Shown here: in pieces, positions 14,508 to 27,250 of the stretch
Numbering within the stretch: position 1 is the stretch's first letter
Layout of the letters: each line of letters starts with the position of its first letter
Assembly: GCF_006345805.1 (NCBI RefSeq)
Contig: NC_043025.1
Location: forward strand, 868,001-932,000
Reading direction: 5' to 3'
Origin: Octopus sinensis
Taxonomy: Eukaryota
Length of the DNA: 64,000 bases
Translations under genes and position numbers: made by a program
The notes under the pieces: model-generated
Databases searched by the model: none
The model's input: the letters and a program-made list of their open reading frames with translations, nothing else
Told to the model about the DNA's origin: nothing

Positions 14508-15220
14508 GTAAGTATTTCCTGGCAATGGAACAGATAAACCAGTACATTTTCTATTTTGTATATAATCATATTTATATGTTTATTTCGTTTTAATTCTACC
14601 AATACATTATACTGTCGCTTGTGTTTTTGACAAAGGCCACACAATAAACAATATGCAGTTCTCAGGAGATCAAAGAAAGAACACGATTTTGATTACATTC
14701 CCATGATTCGTAGTGTTGACATTTATACTTCACTGTTCACCCCCAACCTACCCCTCTTCGTTCCCTATTTTAAAGATTTGTGATCAATAGGAAAATATAG
14801 ATCTAAATAATGAAGTGAATGAATTCCATTTTGAAACTGTTACTTAGAAATAAGTGGAATTTATCTGTCTACCAACATCTTTTTCTCACTCTTCTAAGTC
14901 CGAATCAGTCAATATTACGAATGATTTCATAGAAAAATAACCTACAAACACACACCAACAGTGTATATATTATATTTCTGCAAATACTGATGGAATATTG
15001 CCACATATCTTCATAGAAAAAAAAGCTGTCAGGAAACGTAAATAATTCAAGTAACACATATACCATTACTAGGTGTTTTAGTCGCCTTTCACTCCCGTAT
15101 TTTATAAGATTTGGCAATTTCTTTGCCATACATCTCTCTGCATTAGCTACTTAAGAAGCAGACACATTTCCCCCTCAGCGAATATACAAAACTTTCTTTG
15201 TCTGTTGAAATTCATATATC

Positions 15221-15417
15221 ACTCTTTTACTTGACCGCGGCCATGCTGGAGCACTGCCTTTAGTCGATAAAATCGACCCCAGAACTTATTCTTTGTAAGC
15301 CTAGTACTTATTTGCCGAAACGCTAGATTACGGGAATGTAAACACACCAACATCGGTTGTGAAGCGATGGTGGAGGGACAAACACAGACAGACAAATACA
15401 CACACAAACACACAACA

Positions 15418-15468
<51 letters not shown>

Positions 15469-15629
15469 ACGGGCTCCTTTCAGTTTCCCTCTACCAAATC
15501 CACTCAAAAAGCATTGGTCAGTCCGAAGCTATAGTATAAGTCACTTGCCCAAAATGCCACGCAGTGGGACTGAACCCAGAACCATGTGGTTGGTAAGCAA
15601 GCTACTTACCACACATCTACTCCTGCGCC
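15221..15629 (-). mobile_element. tRNA-derived SINE (family B) with internal CA/TA microsatellite, near full length
   Basis: Minus-strand head ggcgcaggagtagatgtgtggtaagtagcttg...gggttcagtccc with A/B boxes. Other copies at ~8245-8510, 30761-31202, 31423-31812, ~37680-37830 and ~41885-42370. Confidence 0.85.
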
Positions 15630-15777
15630 TATTGTTCATAGATATTTATTTTTGGATTGCATAAATATTGATCTGTTTTCTTCAATTGACAAGCCTCAGA
15701 AGATTTTCTCTACTTTTACAAATGATCGTTTTTGTGAATGTTGTTATCATAATAATAATAATAATAATAATAATAAT

Positions 15778-15873
<96 letters not shown>

Positions 15874-15959
15874 AAGAAGCCTATAGAGCGCAGGTGATAT
15901 TATTGGAAAGGGGCAAAATAAGGGACAGAAAACTAGAACTACATGCACGATACATATTA

Positions 15960-16340
15960 TAAAGCCTCCCAAAATCATGGTGGAAAATATCTCATCAGCA
16001 TTGCCCAAATGATGTTGGCATCAGCTTTAAGATATACCCAAGGCCTGGGCCCCGTATTATCTGTCCACAACATAAATCAAACTCGCATCACATAACAACA
16101 ATACGGCAAAATTATTTCACCTCAAGTGGCCCCACTCCATTTAGCATGACACCAAAATACATTAAAGCAGAAAAAGACCCCCATAAAGTTCAAGAAGTAT
16201 TTTCAAATATCCTTCAAGAAATCCCGGATAAAACTCCAACACCAGGAAATGTCCCCGTAAACATCAACTCTCTCCTCGAGTGGGTCATATTGTCCGCATC
16301 CTGATTCACCCGGTAGTGGGATTACGTTAAACATGACCTG
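15960..16340 (+). mobile_element. Degenerate CR1/L2-like LINE 3' fragment, downstream of (AAT)n at ~15750-15870
   Basis: Frameshifted peptide pieces SGPTPFSMTPKYIKAEKDPHKF / ILQEIPDKTPTPGNVPVNINSLLEW match the typical CR1-group ORF2 C-terminal pattern. Confidence 0.55.
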
Positions 16341-16367
16341 CGCTAATACTGGCCCAAACCTATCATG

Positions 16368-16429
<62 letters not shown>

Positions 16430-16435
16430 AGATAT

Positions 16436-16468
<33 letters not shown>

Positions 16469-17171
16469 GTTTAACATCCGTTTTCCGTGCTAGCATGGGT
16501 TGGACGAAAATATATATATAAGTAATATTCGTAGGCACGCCAACATGAGTATCTGTCCGAATAGACTCTACTGCGAATGTTTAACCCCAAGAGAACAACT
16601 CCTCTAGCTAATTAACGATGCAGCGGTGCATCCGATTAATTGCGAGCAGGGGATCGAACCCCTACCATCTTATAGCAACAGGACCAGCAGACCAGGTCTG
16701 ATTTCAGGCTATTCCTGCCACTGCTCAGTACTGGACACCTCATCTGCTAATCTGTGGAGACAGGATGTATATAATAAAGTGTATATAATAAAGTATGTGT
16801 ATATAAAGAAATCTGTGTAGATATATTTGTTCAGAAGAAATGAGTTCGATGTTAGAAGTGAAATATATTTCTGGAATATATGCAGTTCACTGTGTGTCAA
16901 CCAATTTCTATGATGTATCAGGGTCAAGACAAACCTTTATCAATGTATGTATGCATGTGTGTGTATACTTGTATGTGTGTGTGTGTGTGTGTTTCTGCGT
17001 CATTTAACTACACAAAATGCTGTATCTATGTAATTGTTTAAAGAAGAGTTTCTGCTCTACTCTTGGTAGTTACTGATGTATCTTATAATATTCTCTATTC
17101 CGAACATGTAAATAATGTAATATTTGTTATAAATGAATGTTATTGATTGGATATTTCTGTTTTGTCCACAG

Positions 17172-17314
17172 ATGTTTGCGCTGCAGAAATAAAGCGGCCG
17201 CAACAAAAGTCCATCCATGTGGACACCTTGTAATATGTAAGGGATGTTCAAACGTTCCTCTTCAACAATGTCTGAAGTGCTTAAAACCTGTAATAACAAG
17301 CAGAGGTCGAGTTG
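17172..17314 (+). CDS. ANK-RING-death-domain gene, C3HC4 RING exon
   Basis: gtccacag|A...G|gtaag, phase 2 to 1. Reads CLRCRNKAAATKVHPCGHLVICKGCSNVPLQQCLKCLKPVITSRGRV with C-x2-C...C-x-H...C-x2-C...C-x2-C spacing. Confidence 0.93.
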
Positions 17315-18406
17315 GTAAGAATATTCTTTGCTGATCTGTCTGTTTGTCCTGCTTGTCCCATTGCCCTTATTGTGTAGAATAATATACTTCATGTTGTTAT
17401 GTAGACAGAGGTCTGCCATAATCTGGCAGATTTATGATAAAAGGTGTTCCTAGTGTCTGTTCTCTGTAATAGTATATCTCTCACACTACATCCACTAAAC
17501 ATTGACCTTATCCAAGTAGGAAACATGTCACACTTCAAGAAGGTTGTAGTCTGCAACGTAAAGATAATGGACGATTCTGCAAGATAATTAGTGAGTAACT
17601 GAAGTATCAATAAATCTCCATCAACACTATAATTAATTATGAGTTGTTAGAAGATAATTAAATACAACAGTACTTACAAGGACATCAGTGTCATCTTTGG
17701 CAAAGTATTAAATTCAGTAGAATATTTTAAAGGAGTAAAATTATATGTCACTAGTTTGAGACCTTTAACACACAATTCCATGTTGTTATGTTTGTAATTG
17801 GAGGATCTTAAGGCTAATAGAGACAGTTTTGTTTGTCAACCAACCAGATCATGAAACCTTCAAATATATCCTGAATAAGATGACATTCTGGTGAACTGTG
17901 AAGTTAAAATTAAAGATTATCAGCAACAATGTTTAACAAAGAGATTAGGTGTATATTTCTCCTTCTTGAAGTGGTTGTGACATGTATTTGTTGTTATATC
18001 TTTGATGAATAAATATGTTGACACTGGAATCAAACAGGTTGTTAGTGAAGATTAGAGTTTTGAGAATACATTTAGGGTCATAGATATAAGCAAGGAAACC
18101 AAAACCTACAGATAAACTGTTATTAGGTGATAATTAAGTGATATAATTACAGCATTGTTAGATTATGTAGGATATCTTAACAGAGAGAGGAAATTTACAA
18201 AGATCAACTAGAGTTCGTTTTGGAGCTAAATATTGGCTATTACATGGGTCCACTGTTGAAAGTATAAAAATATTGACCAAAAGCATTATGATCGCTGGTT
18301 GGCCATTGATGGTATGAATGTCTCTCAATAATAAAATATAGATTATTAATAAATATAAAGGGATTGTGCTATAAATAAATATAAAACTTGGAGACACATA
18401 TTTCAG

Positions 18407-18457
18407 AGAGTCCAAAGTTTGAAGAGAAGGGAGTGCAGACTGTGGCAGAGACAGTTG
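18407..18457 (+). pseudogene. Duplicated exon copy 1 (paralog of the first death-domain exon) with a mutated donor
   Basis: Intact acceptor atttcag| and a 51-nt frame ESPKFEEKGVQTVAETV, but the donor reads G|atgagt where paralogs have G|gtgagt. Confidence 0.7.
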
Positions 18458-20127
18458 ATGAGTTTAAAATTAGAGATCTTAATTAATTTCTATAGATTTT
18501 ACATTCACCTCAGCTATTTTGCGTATTAGAATGGTGGAGAACAAATCCCATCTCTAATTTCCATTTGAAAGGTTAGCTCTAAAGTAATTGTATTAAAAAT
18601 ATTATTGAAATTTCATAAAGTCATGGTTAACATGTTTGGTCAAATGGATAAATTAAAAGCCACAATAGAGTTAATATTGTCTTCTGGAAGAGGGAACTAT
18701 AATTTTTTTTTTAGGTGTTAACTCGTGAGTTAATAAGATAGTTGTTTGTTTTTCTACTAAGATTTTTCGTAAGTTTTCTGATAGGTTATTCTTGATGTTG
18801 TTATGTCGCCAGATGTCTGTCGTAATATGTTGTATTTTCTGAGGTTGTGTACCCTCAATGTCTCTGGTTAGAATACATTTTGTAGTTGCAAATTAGAAAA
18901 TTATAATTAAATGTTAACTCTGTATAAGAATATTCATCATGAACTTAATTTTATTAAATGTTAAATTTAGTATTGAACCGTGAATATCTGTTTATATTTA
19001 AACAAATTATTGGTGTTTATACAAAATATACAATCAGAAATTGAATTTGACTTGAATACACAAATCCTTGTTTGTAACTATATATAATATACACTTATTA
19101 CATTGTTTGAACAACATTTACCATCCATATAGTCATTCTTTTTCTCACTCTTGTTAGATTTTAGATGATATTAATGCTAAAAGAGGCACAGTTTTCTGAG
19201 TGTTTCACCCTTTGGTCTTGATTGTTGCGTTCAAATTATTTAATGAAAGTTAGTCATTGTTATTTGAACAGGAAATGAATTAATCATTAGTATTTGGCAG
19301 TGGACTTGGTTATATCTTTCTTCGTTTGCTCATGGAACTACCATAATATTAGCTGTGCTGAGACACAATCATATTCATTGTAATGAAGGCTATATGTTCT
19401 TTACTCAGATTATATACAATCTATATTGATATCTAGTATTGCACTGTCAAGCACAGTGCCATTGTATCACATATGTACCCAATTATCATGATAATTAATA
19501 AGCTATAATTCATTAACTCTCTTACATTTGTATGTCTGAAATGTAAACATATTTTGTGATAGGGACATCGTGTACCCTCACCTAACATTTTATATCTTGT
19601 TAGGGATCATGGTGGGGAAGGGTGTATGGTTTTGGTTGTGGAGATGGTTTTTAGGGGACAGATTGTGTGCGGGGTGGAGGGTATGCACATAAAGGACATG
19701 TCTTTATGGGCTCAGTTTTACTTAATTAGAGAGGAATGTTGATTAGTGAATTCTAGAGATGAGAGGACTGTGCCATGCCATAGATTGGCACAGTTATAAG
19801 AAAAGAAAGACAAGCTAAGAGAAAACTGTTATCAAGTGTTAATTAAATGAGATAATTGGTACACATTGTTAGAATATTTAATGTGTTTCTAGAGAGAGAG
19901 AGAGGAGAGGGGGATTTAGAAATGTTAGTCTCTTTTTATTGTGGACATATTGGCTATTACATGGGACCACTGTAGAAAGTACAGAAATATTGACCAAAAC
20001 CATAATGGTCAACATTTGACCAGTAACAACACAATTGAATGTCTCACAATAACAAGATAGAGATTAATAAAAATAAAGATACAGACATTTTATTATCAAA
20101 TGTAAAACTTGGAAATATTTATTTCAG

Positions 20128-20205
20128 GGGCTCCAAAGTCTGAAGACAGGTGTGTAAAAAAAGAGGCTACATGTCAGGAATTAGGGGCTGCATCTCAGGC
20201 AATTG
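20128..20205 (+). CDS. Duplicated exon copy 2, an intact phase 1-1 linker exon
   Basis: atttcag|GG...G|gtgagt, 78 nt, no stop; reads GAPKSEDRCVKKEATCQELGAASQAI. Confidence 0.7.
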
Positions 20206-20455
20206 GTGAGTATAAAATAATAGTTCCCAATTGATTTCTGTAAGGTTTTCTTCCCCCGAGTATATTGTGCTTGAAAGAATAACTGAAAACAGCTTCCATT
20301 CCTATTTTCCAATTGAACAATTATCTGTATAATAATTGAATTAAAGATATCGATTTACTGTGAGTTTATGAAATACCCATTGAGGTTAATGCTGTTGGTA
20401 ATAATGTTCAAATTAGAAGACACAATAGAGTTAATTTTGTCATTTGGTCACAGAA

Positions 20456-21291
20456 CGCATCATCATCATCATCATCACCATCATCATTTAACATCCGTTT
20501 CTTATGGTGGCATGGGTCGGACGATTTCACTGGCAAGGCAGTAGGCTGCGTCAGGCTGCAATGTGATCTGGCAAGGTTTCCACATATGTATGCCATTCCT
20601 AACGCCAACCACTCCGAGAGTGGGTGGGTGCTTTTTACGTGCCACCGACACAGGAGCAGTTGAAGTTGGGGCTGGCATCGACCACGTTCGGAAGGTGCTT
20701 TTTACGTGCCAACCGGCACAGGGAACAGTTGGGCGGCACTGGCAACAAACAATGTTTGAATGGTACTTATTATGTGCCACCGGCACGGGTGCCAGCCAGG
20801 CGGCACTGGCATCGGCCATAATTACAATTTGCATTTGATTTCGATCTTGATTTGATTTGATTGTGATTTCTGGTTTTTGGTTTTACTTGACTCAGAAATT
20901 CTTCTCAAGCGCAACTTATCACTCTGTGATTCAAGGGTACTTTTAAAAGGGGCTTGTTATGCGACACGTATAGGCTACAGCTGTGTGATCTCACTTCACT
21001 TGCCGGGTCCTTAATCACGTCATATTTCCAGAGGTCTCTGTCTCTTACCATTACCTCTGTGAGGCCCAACGTTTGAAGGTCGTTTCACCATGTCATCCCC
21101 TGTCTTCCTGGGTCACCCCTTTCCACGGGTTCGTTCCACTGTTAGGGTGCAACACTTCTTCCCACAGCTCTCCTCATCCATACCATGACCATACCAGTGC
21201 AGTTGTCTCTCTTGTACACCACATCTGATGCTTCTTATGTCTAACACTTCTCTCAGGCCTCTTCACTCTGCCTTGTGTGCACACTGACATC
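20456..21291 (-). mobile_element. 5'-truncated RTE-clade LINE 3' end with (GAT)n tail
   Basis: Minus-strand peptide LREVLDIRSIRCGVQERQLHWYGH..EESCGKKC..RGKG*PRKT (RTE C-terminal R.WYGH / RGRPRKTW pattern), followed by the 3' UTR and tail. Confidence 0.85.
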
Positions 21292-22344
21292 GTTGCGTTC
21301 AAATTATTTAATGGAAGTTAGTCATTGTTATTTGACCAGGAAATGAATTAATCATTAGTATTTGGCAGTGGACTTGGTTATATCTTTCTTCGTTTGCTCA
21401 TGGAACTACCATAATATTAGCTGTGCTGAGACACAATCATATTCATAGTAATGAAGGTTATATGTTCTTTACTCAGATTATATACAATCTATATTGATAT
21501 CTAATAATGACCGAGAACAGGTTCCAATGCTAGATTTCATTTGAATGCTTAGCTATAAAGAAATTCTGTTCTTCTACAACAACACAAATATCCAATAAAT
21601 GTACTTTATGCAAACATCAGTTACTCATTCACTCGCAGAAAGAAAGATACAAAAATTAAATATAAACCCTGAAACGGTTCTCTCCCGTTAAGGAGAATAT
21701 TCGCCCTGTTTGTCATCTCATTGTACTCATTCATTTTCTCTCCGTCTTTTCAAGAAAGATGCTGGTTAAAAGTTTCAATACAATAAATGATATCATCCTC
21801 ATCTTTTCTCATCTGCTCTCCATGCTCCCATACACTAGGTGGGTCATCACTGTCCAAGTCAGTTGTATCTGAAATTACTGCCAACCGTCATTTGTTGAGG
21901 AAAACATCTCACTTAAACATTGCAGCTTTTCTAAGGTGGTAGACCCTTTCTAACCCCAACCACTTTATAAAAGGTCCTGGGTATATTTTATTGTCGCACA
22001 AGCATTAGAAATGATCATCAATTTCCCAACAATATCAAACGTTCCTTTCTACTTGTGGTGTCATCTTTCCTAGTTTCCACCAACCACTTCCTAGTGTGTT
22101 CTGGGAGCATTTAATTATAGCACAAGTAGTAATCAAGTTGTGTTACATTCTACATAATTAGACGGTCCTCACTACTCTATGATGTTTTGGTTCACTGAAG
22201 CTGATGACATTTTCAGGAGGTGAGAAGGGAATGTGATGACAAAAGAATCAGGATGCGGGGAGAGAAATTTGCAATACCCCTCTCCCGGCTGTGGGGTCTT
22301 TGTCTTACATGTCTTTTGGCTAAATATGCCAGTACTTGTGCTTT

Positions 22345-22533
22345 ACACAAAGGGGCCACGTACACTCTGTGAGGTGGTTGGCATCAATAAGAACATCCTA
22401 CCGTAGAAAACCATGCCAAAGAAACCATCTGGGGCCTGGTGCAGTTGTCTGGCTTGTCAGATCCTGTCAAGATTTCCAACCCATTCCAGCATGGAAAACA
22501 AACTTTGAATGTTGATGATGATGATGATGATGT
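22345..22533 (+). mobile_element. RTE-type 3' tail fragment ending in (GAT)n
   Basis: ccaacccattccagcatggaaaac...gatgatgatg matches the tails of the RTE copies elsewhere in the window. Confidence 0.7.
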
Positions 22534-23432
22534 CTTCCAGTAACTCATCATAATTCTTTGTCTTAGATTGTTACCGTAGTTTCCTGTCTGGTATAACATA
22601 TTAGCTCAGTATAATAATATCGATTGTGGAAACCGGTTCAGTGATTTTGATAACATTCATATTGAACAGAGAACATATGTTCACATTTGAACAAAACATT
22701 GATGCTAGCATATGCAATACATGGAAAGGAATGAACGTATGAGATTCCAGTGTGACTTGAACTCACAACTCTTTTCTAACTATAAATATATAATTATCGC
22801 CTGTTACGATGTTTGAATAACGTTTACTGTCCATATAGACATCGTTATACTGACAATTGTTGGCTTTGAGATGGTTTCAATTGTAAGAGAGTCACTGTTT
22901 TCAGTCTTCCACATTTTGGTTTTACTTCCGACTTGATTGTTCTGTTGAAATTAGATCATGGAACCTGGTCATTGTTATTTGACCAAGAAAAGAATTCATC
23001 ATTAGTATTCGGTACTGGAAATGGTTACATTTTTCTATGGTTTCTCATGGAACTACCATAATATCAACTGTGCTGAGACACAACCATATTCATTGTAACA
23101 AATGTCACATGTTCTTCACACAGATTTTATACAATCTATATTGATAGTTAGTGTTTAAACGCCGCATTAACATGATAATTAATCAGCTATCATTCATTAA
23201 CTCTCTTAAACTTGTCTGTCTGGAAGTTTCATAGCATTATCTTGTACCCTCATCTGATATTTTACACCTTGTTACCCTCAAAGTTAACATAACTTTTACA
23301 TGGGTACACAACACATCCCTACGAACTAGTTTTTACAGCTGTATGCCCTTCCCACAATAATAAAGTGTTGATTATCAATAACTATAATGAAATTATACTA
23401 TAAAACGTAAAACTTGAAAATATTCATTTCAA

Positions 23433-23480
23433 AGACTCCAACTTCTGTGAAGGATGCCTTGACAACATCACAGCCAGTTG
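23433..23480 (+). pseudogene. Duplicated exon copy 3 with a mutated acceptor
   Basis: The acceptor reads atttcaa| (AG to AA) and the donor G|gtgaga is intact; 48-nt frame ETPTSVKDALTTSQPV. Using the AG 2 nt downstream gives 46 nt and a frameshift. Confidence 0.65.
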
Positions 23481-24339
23481 GTGAGAAGCAAATAACAGTA
23501 CCTCATGGATTTCTATAAATTTAACCTTCACCTGAGCATTTGTAGTTTATCAGAATGACTGAGGACAAGATCCATTCCTAATTTACATCTGAAATATTAG
23601 CTGTATAATAATTCTATTAGACATTTTGATATCAATGGAATTTCACAAAATATCCAACGGGGTTGGCATGGTTCGGAAAATGGATAATTTAGAAGACAAT
23701 AGAATTAATACTGTATTTTGAAACGGAGGACTAAAATATGTAGTTACTAAGTTTACTGATAGGTTATTGCTGTTGTTGCTATTTAGGCAAATATCTCTCA
23801 TAATGTGACAGATTTACAATGAAATGTGTTCCGTATGTGAACACCCTGCCTTTTTGTTTTCACTGATAAAAATTATCATTACATCCCCTAAACATTGTCT
23901 TTATCCATGTAAAAGCATTAGGTTTGATGCTGAGACAACCGTTTTCTCTCTCCCTCTCTCTCCAAGATAGACACTGATGACCCTCATCATTTATCATCTG
24001 ATGTCTATGCTCCTATCGATTGGATGGATGATTCCTATCCATGTCAGTTCTTATTAACAAATACTGTCCGCCTTGATTGGATGAGGAACACATTCCGGCT
24101 TTTCTATGGTGATGTGCCTTTCCTAACATCAACCACTTTAAAAAGGGCCTTGGGCACAATTTTGCTCCAAAAGCCCTAGAAAAATGATCATGTCGTCAAC
24201 AAAATTAAACGCTCCTCTTTAACTTCTACAAGGAAATTCTGTTTGCAGATACTGAGAACAGAAAGCTAAAATACAATAAAGATGAACTGGATGGATATAT
24301 GCAGGAGATCCAAAGCAAAAGCAATGATTCCCATTCATA

Positions 24340-25110
24340 GACAGTTTGAAATGTCCATTGAAACCAGCAATCAAATACCGATTGATTAGTTCAGACTAAT
24401 TTCAACCTTGAATATTGATGGCAAGATTTATAAGGTTGTATTCACAAAGAGATCAACTGTAAATCTACAGAATAATGAATATGGAACTAAAAGTATCTCG
24501 AAGACTGGAATCCTCTGGCATTCCTGGCTGTGTGGAACATGTGTCTTAAATCTAGGATGTGATACAAGACGGAAAGAAGAATAAAAGGGATTGAATGTTG
24601 TGTGATTTGATCTGGTTTATGGTTCTCTAGCAAACAAATTGTTGATGGAAGCAGTGGACCTGTTTTATATATGAGAAAAGATTAAGGATCTGATGAGGAG
24701 CTGCTATAACAATTTCAATATGCAGTTCTTGAGGAAAACTTTCTCGGCAGACTGGTATCATTTTGAAGCAGGAATTGCTGTAGTTTCTACAATATCAGTC
24801 ATTTGGTTTGTGATTGTTATGGAGATGTTACTTAAATCAGCAGATTGATAAGAAATGGCTCAAAGGAAAACACTCGAGAAGACATTAATGGATTACATAA
24901 CAATAGTAACAACAAATAAAAGGATATGCAAATAGTTCTGGATTAACTGGGTAGACTGAGGAACTTGGTGAAGAATGTGGTTCAATGCAAATGAGTAATG
25001 CAGCCCGTCATTTGTGAAAGGTCAGCAGAAACAAGTGAAGGTCAAAATAGCAGGAGAAACCCTGATGAAGTTTAAAGGAAAACTTGAAAAACTATTACGA
25101 CGATGGTACA
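24340..25110 (+). mobile_element. Highly degenerate reverse-transcriptase fragment of an RLE-type LINE (HERO/NeSL-like)
   Basis: Remnant motifs across stops and frameshifts: ISTLNIDGKIY, GIPGCVEHV, DLVYGS, WYHFEAGIAV..TISVIWFVIVMEMLLKSAD, LMDYITIV. Confidence 0.6.
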
Positions 25111-25978
25111 CTACCTAATTTTGCAATAAGAGTAAAGGCATTGAGATCAAGTCACAGAACGAAGATGGTTAAAAGAAACAAATATGCCAAACATTCTGGA
25201 AAATAAAGATTTGGAGCTCGCACTTTGTATTCCCGTCTTTCTTATATATTTTTGAGTATCAGTCCTTTTGTACCATTTCAGATGTCTTCACTGCAATAAT
25301 GTGTAGATGTCCAGTTGTATGTAGTGAATGGGGTTTTGTGCAAGTGTACATTGTTTTAGGACACCTGATATCACTTTTTGTGTCATCTTTGGAGAACTGA
25401 TCATTGCTCACCTTATTAAGGAGTCTTAAAATATTCCCTGCACCAGATAATGACCAGGTGAACTGGGATGTGGGATGATAAATTCAAGATTTCCAACAGC
25501 AAAGAGAACAGGTATTACGTTTATTTTACTTGAAGTGGGTGTGTCATGCAATTGTGACGAGATCTTTGGAGACCACATTGGATGATATTGGACTTTAGCA
25601 GAAGATGAGGAGAATGGTGGTTAGTGAAGTGTAGAGTTCAGAGGACAGTCACATGTCATAGATTTGGTACAGATATATGAAAGGAGAGAGAGAACTATGA
25701 AATGATAATTGAATGAAATAATTGCAACATTGTTAGATTATGTAGGATGTCTCTGTTAAAGAGAAACAAGGTTTCGGAAAGTTAGTCTATTTTGTTGCGG
25801 GCCTAAATATTGAGCTATTACCTGGTCCCACAATGGAAAGTATAAAAATACTGAGCAAAACCCTAGTGGTTACCAGCCAACCACTGATGATAACAATGTC
25901 CAACAATAAACTACAGAATATTTATAGAGATAAATAAGTTTTACAATAAATTATAAAAGCTGGAAATATTTATTTCAG

Positions 25979-26050
25979 AGAGTCCAGTTCTGAAGGAGAA
26001 AGATCTTCTGAGAGTGGCTAAGAGGTTAGGACGTGATTGGTGGCAAATAG
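25979..26050 (+). CDS. Duplicated exon copy 4: N-terminal death-domain exon
   Basis: atttcag|AG...G|gtgagt, 72 nt, phase 1-1. Reads ESPVLKEKDLLRVAKRLGRDWWQI (death-domain helix 1-2 motif VA..LG.DW). Confidence 0.9.
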
Positions 26051-26639
26051 GTGAGTATATTTGATTTCTATATATTTTACTTTCACCTGATCTATTTTAT
26101 TTGTCAGAATGAATGAGAACAAGTTACATTCCTCATTTCCAATTGATAGGTTATCTGTATGACAATTTTATTTACGATATTCCTGATATTTCATAAAATA
26201 TCCACTGAGGTTAGCATGGTTGGTAATAATGGATAAACTAGAAACACAAATGGCGTTTAATATTATCTTTTGGAAGAGGGAACTAAAATATATGTTTAAG
26301 GGTAAACAGGTGAGTGAATTTGTTTCACATTTTCTTTAGGTTCACTGTTAGGTTATTGTAATGAAGGACAAGTACCAAAGTTAACATCTAAAACAAAGCA
26401 TCTTTCTTCAACAGATTATTTATTGGGTTATTGTGTTGGAAGCTGATAATTCCAATTTATTTTGCCATTTTGCAATGACTTTACCACATGACATATGTCT
26501 AAATGCTTCAATAAAAGAGATTTAATAAAGGTGACACAGCGAAATCCTATCATTCTCCTCAGGCGAAAACAGAGAATTCCTTTAAGGGAATTTACCAGAA
26601 AATGAACATTCACAAGTCAAGCCGAACTGCAGGGGGCAT

Positions 26640-27250
26640 CTCTCATTGAGACTGACATAATAATAACTGAATAGGCTCTGTAGAATTGATCGAACCTGGA
26701 GTTCATTGGAGAAGTTTGAAATGGGATTGAGTTTGACTTAGAATTATCGACTGTTGGACAATCACTGATCATTCGATTTCCAGTGTCCTCTTGGGAACTT
26801 TGCAAGGTAGTAGATGACACAGAGGGACAGTACTTTCATGACCCTTTGAATACCAGTTCTAAATCTAACAGAATATGACAGATGTATGGGGTTCTTCTAG
26901 GGTCTTTGGAGTAATGTTACTCAATAGGATTTACAGTTCAGAGATCTGGGAGTCTCTCCAAGTTGAACCACATCTCCTCCACATCTGTGGTACCTCGGAC
27001 ATGTGATCAGGGTGTTGCAGGAATGAATTACAGGACAGGTTCTCAAAGTCAAACCAATGGAACAGGGTACCGAGGGGGAGGCCAAGAAAGAAATGGTTGG
27101 ATGATATCCATAGTCTTAGTTCTTCACATCATAGAATACAAGCAGAATGTCTAATGATGGATGCTTCTGATAGGACCCTATGGAGGAGGTGCCTGAGGAC
27201 TCTTTCCCCACAGCCCTTTCAAGAATATTGAGCAGAGGAAATGGATGGAT
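26640..27250 (+). mobile_element. Old RTE-like LINE C-terminal fragment
   Basis: Remnants WYLGHVIRV and G.RPRKKWLDDI across frameshifts. Confidence 0.5.

Noticed and set aside
16630-16720. tRNA-like B-box/T-arm (ggggttcgatcccc) on the minus strand
   Set aside because: No acceptor stem or full cloverleaf could be built; likely a degenerate SINE head.
18158-18415. Hydrophobic 85-aa minus-strand ORF resembling a membrane protein
   Set aside because: It is the antisense of the duplicated AT-rich intron block; no matching frame was evident in the paralogous blocks, and the real signal is the plus-strand exon.
26301-26309. Possible 9-nt micro-exon (tttaag|ggtaaacag|gtgagt)
   Set aside because: It would introduce an immediate stop in phase 1, and the paralogous position in copy 1 is 10 nt; no support without RNA data.
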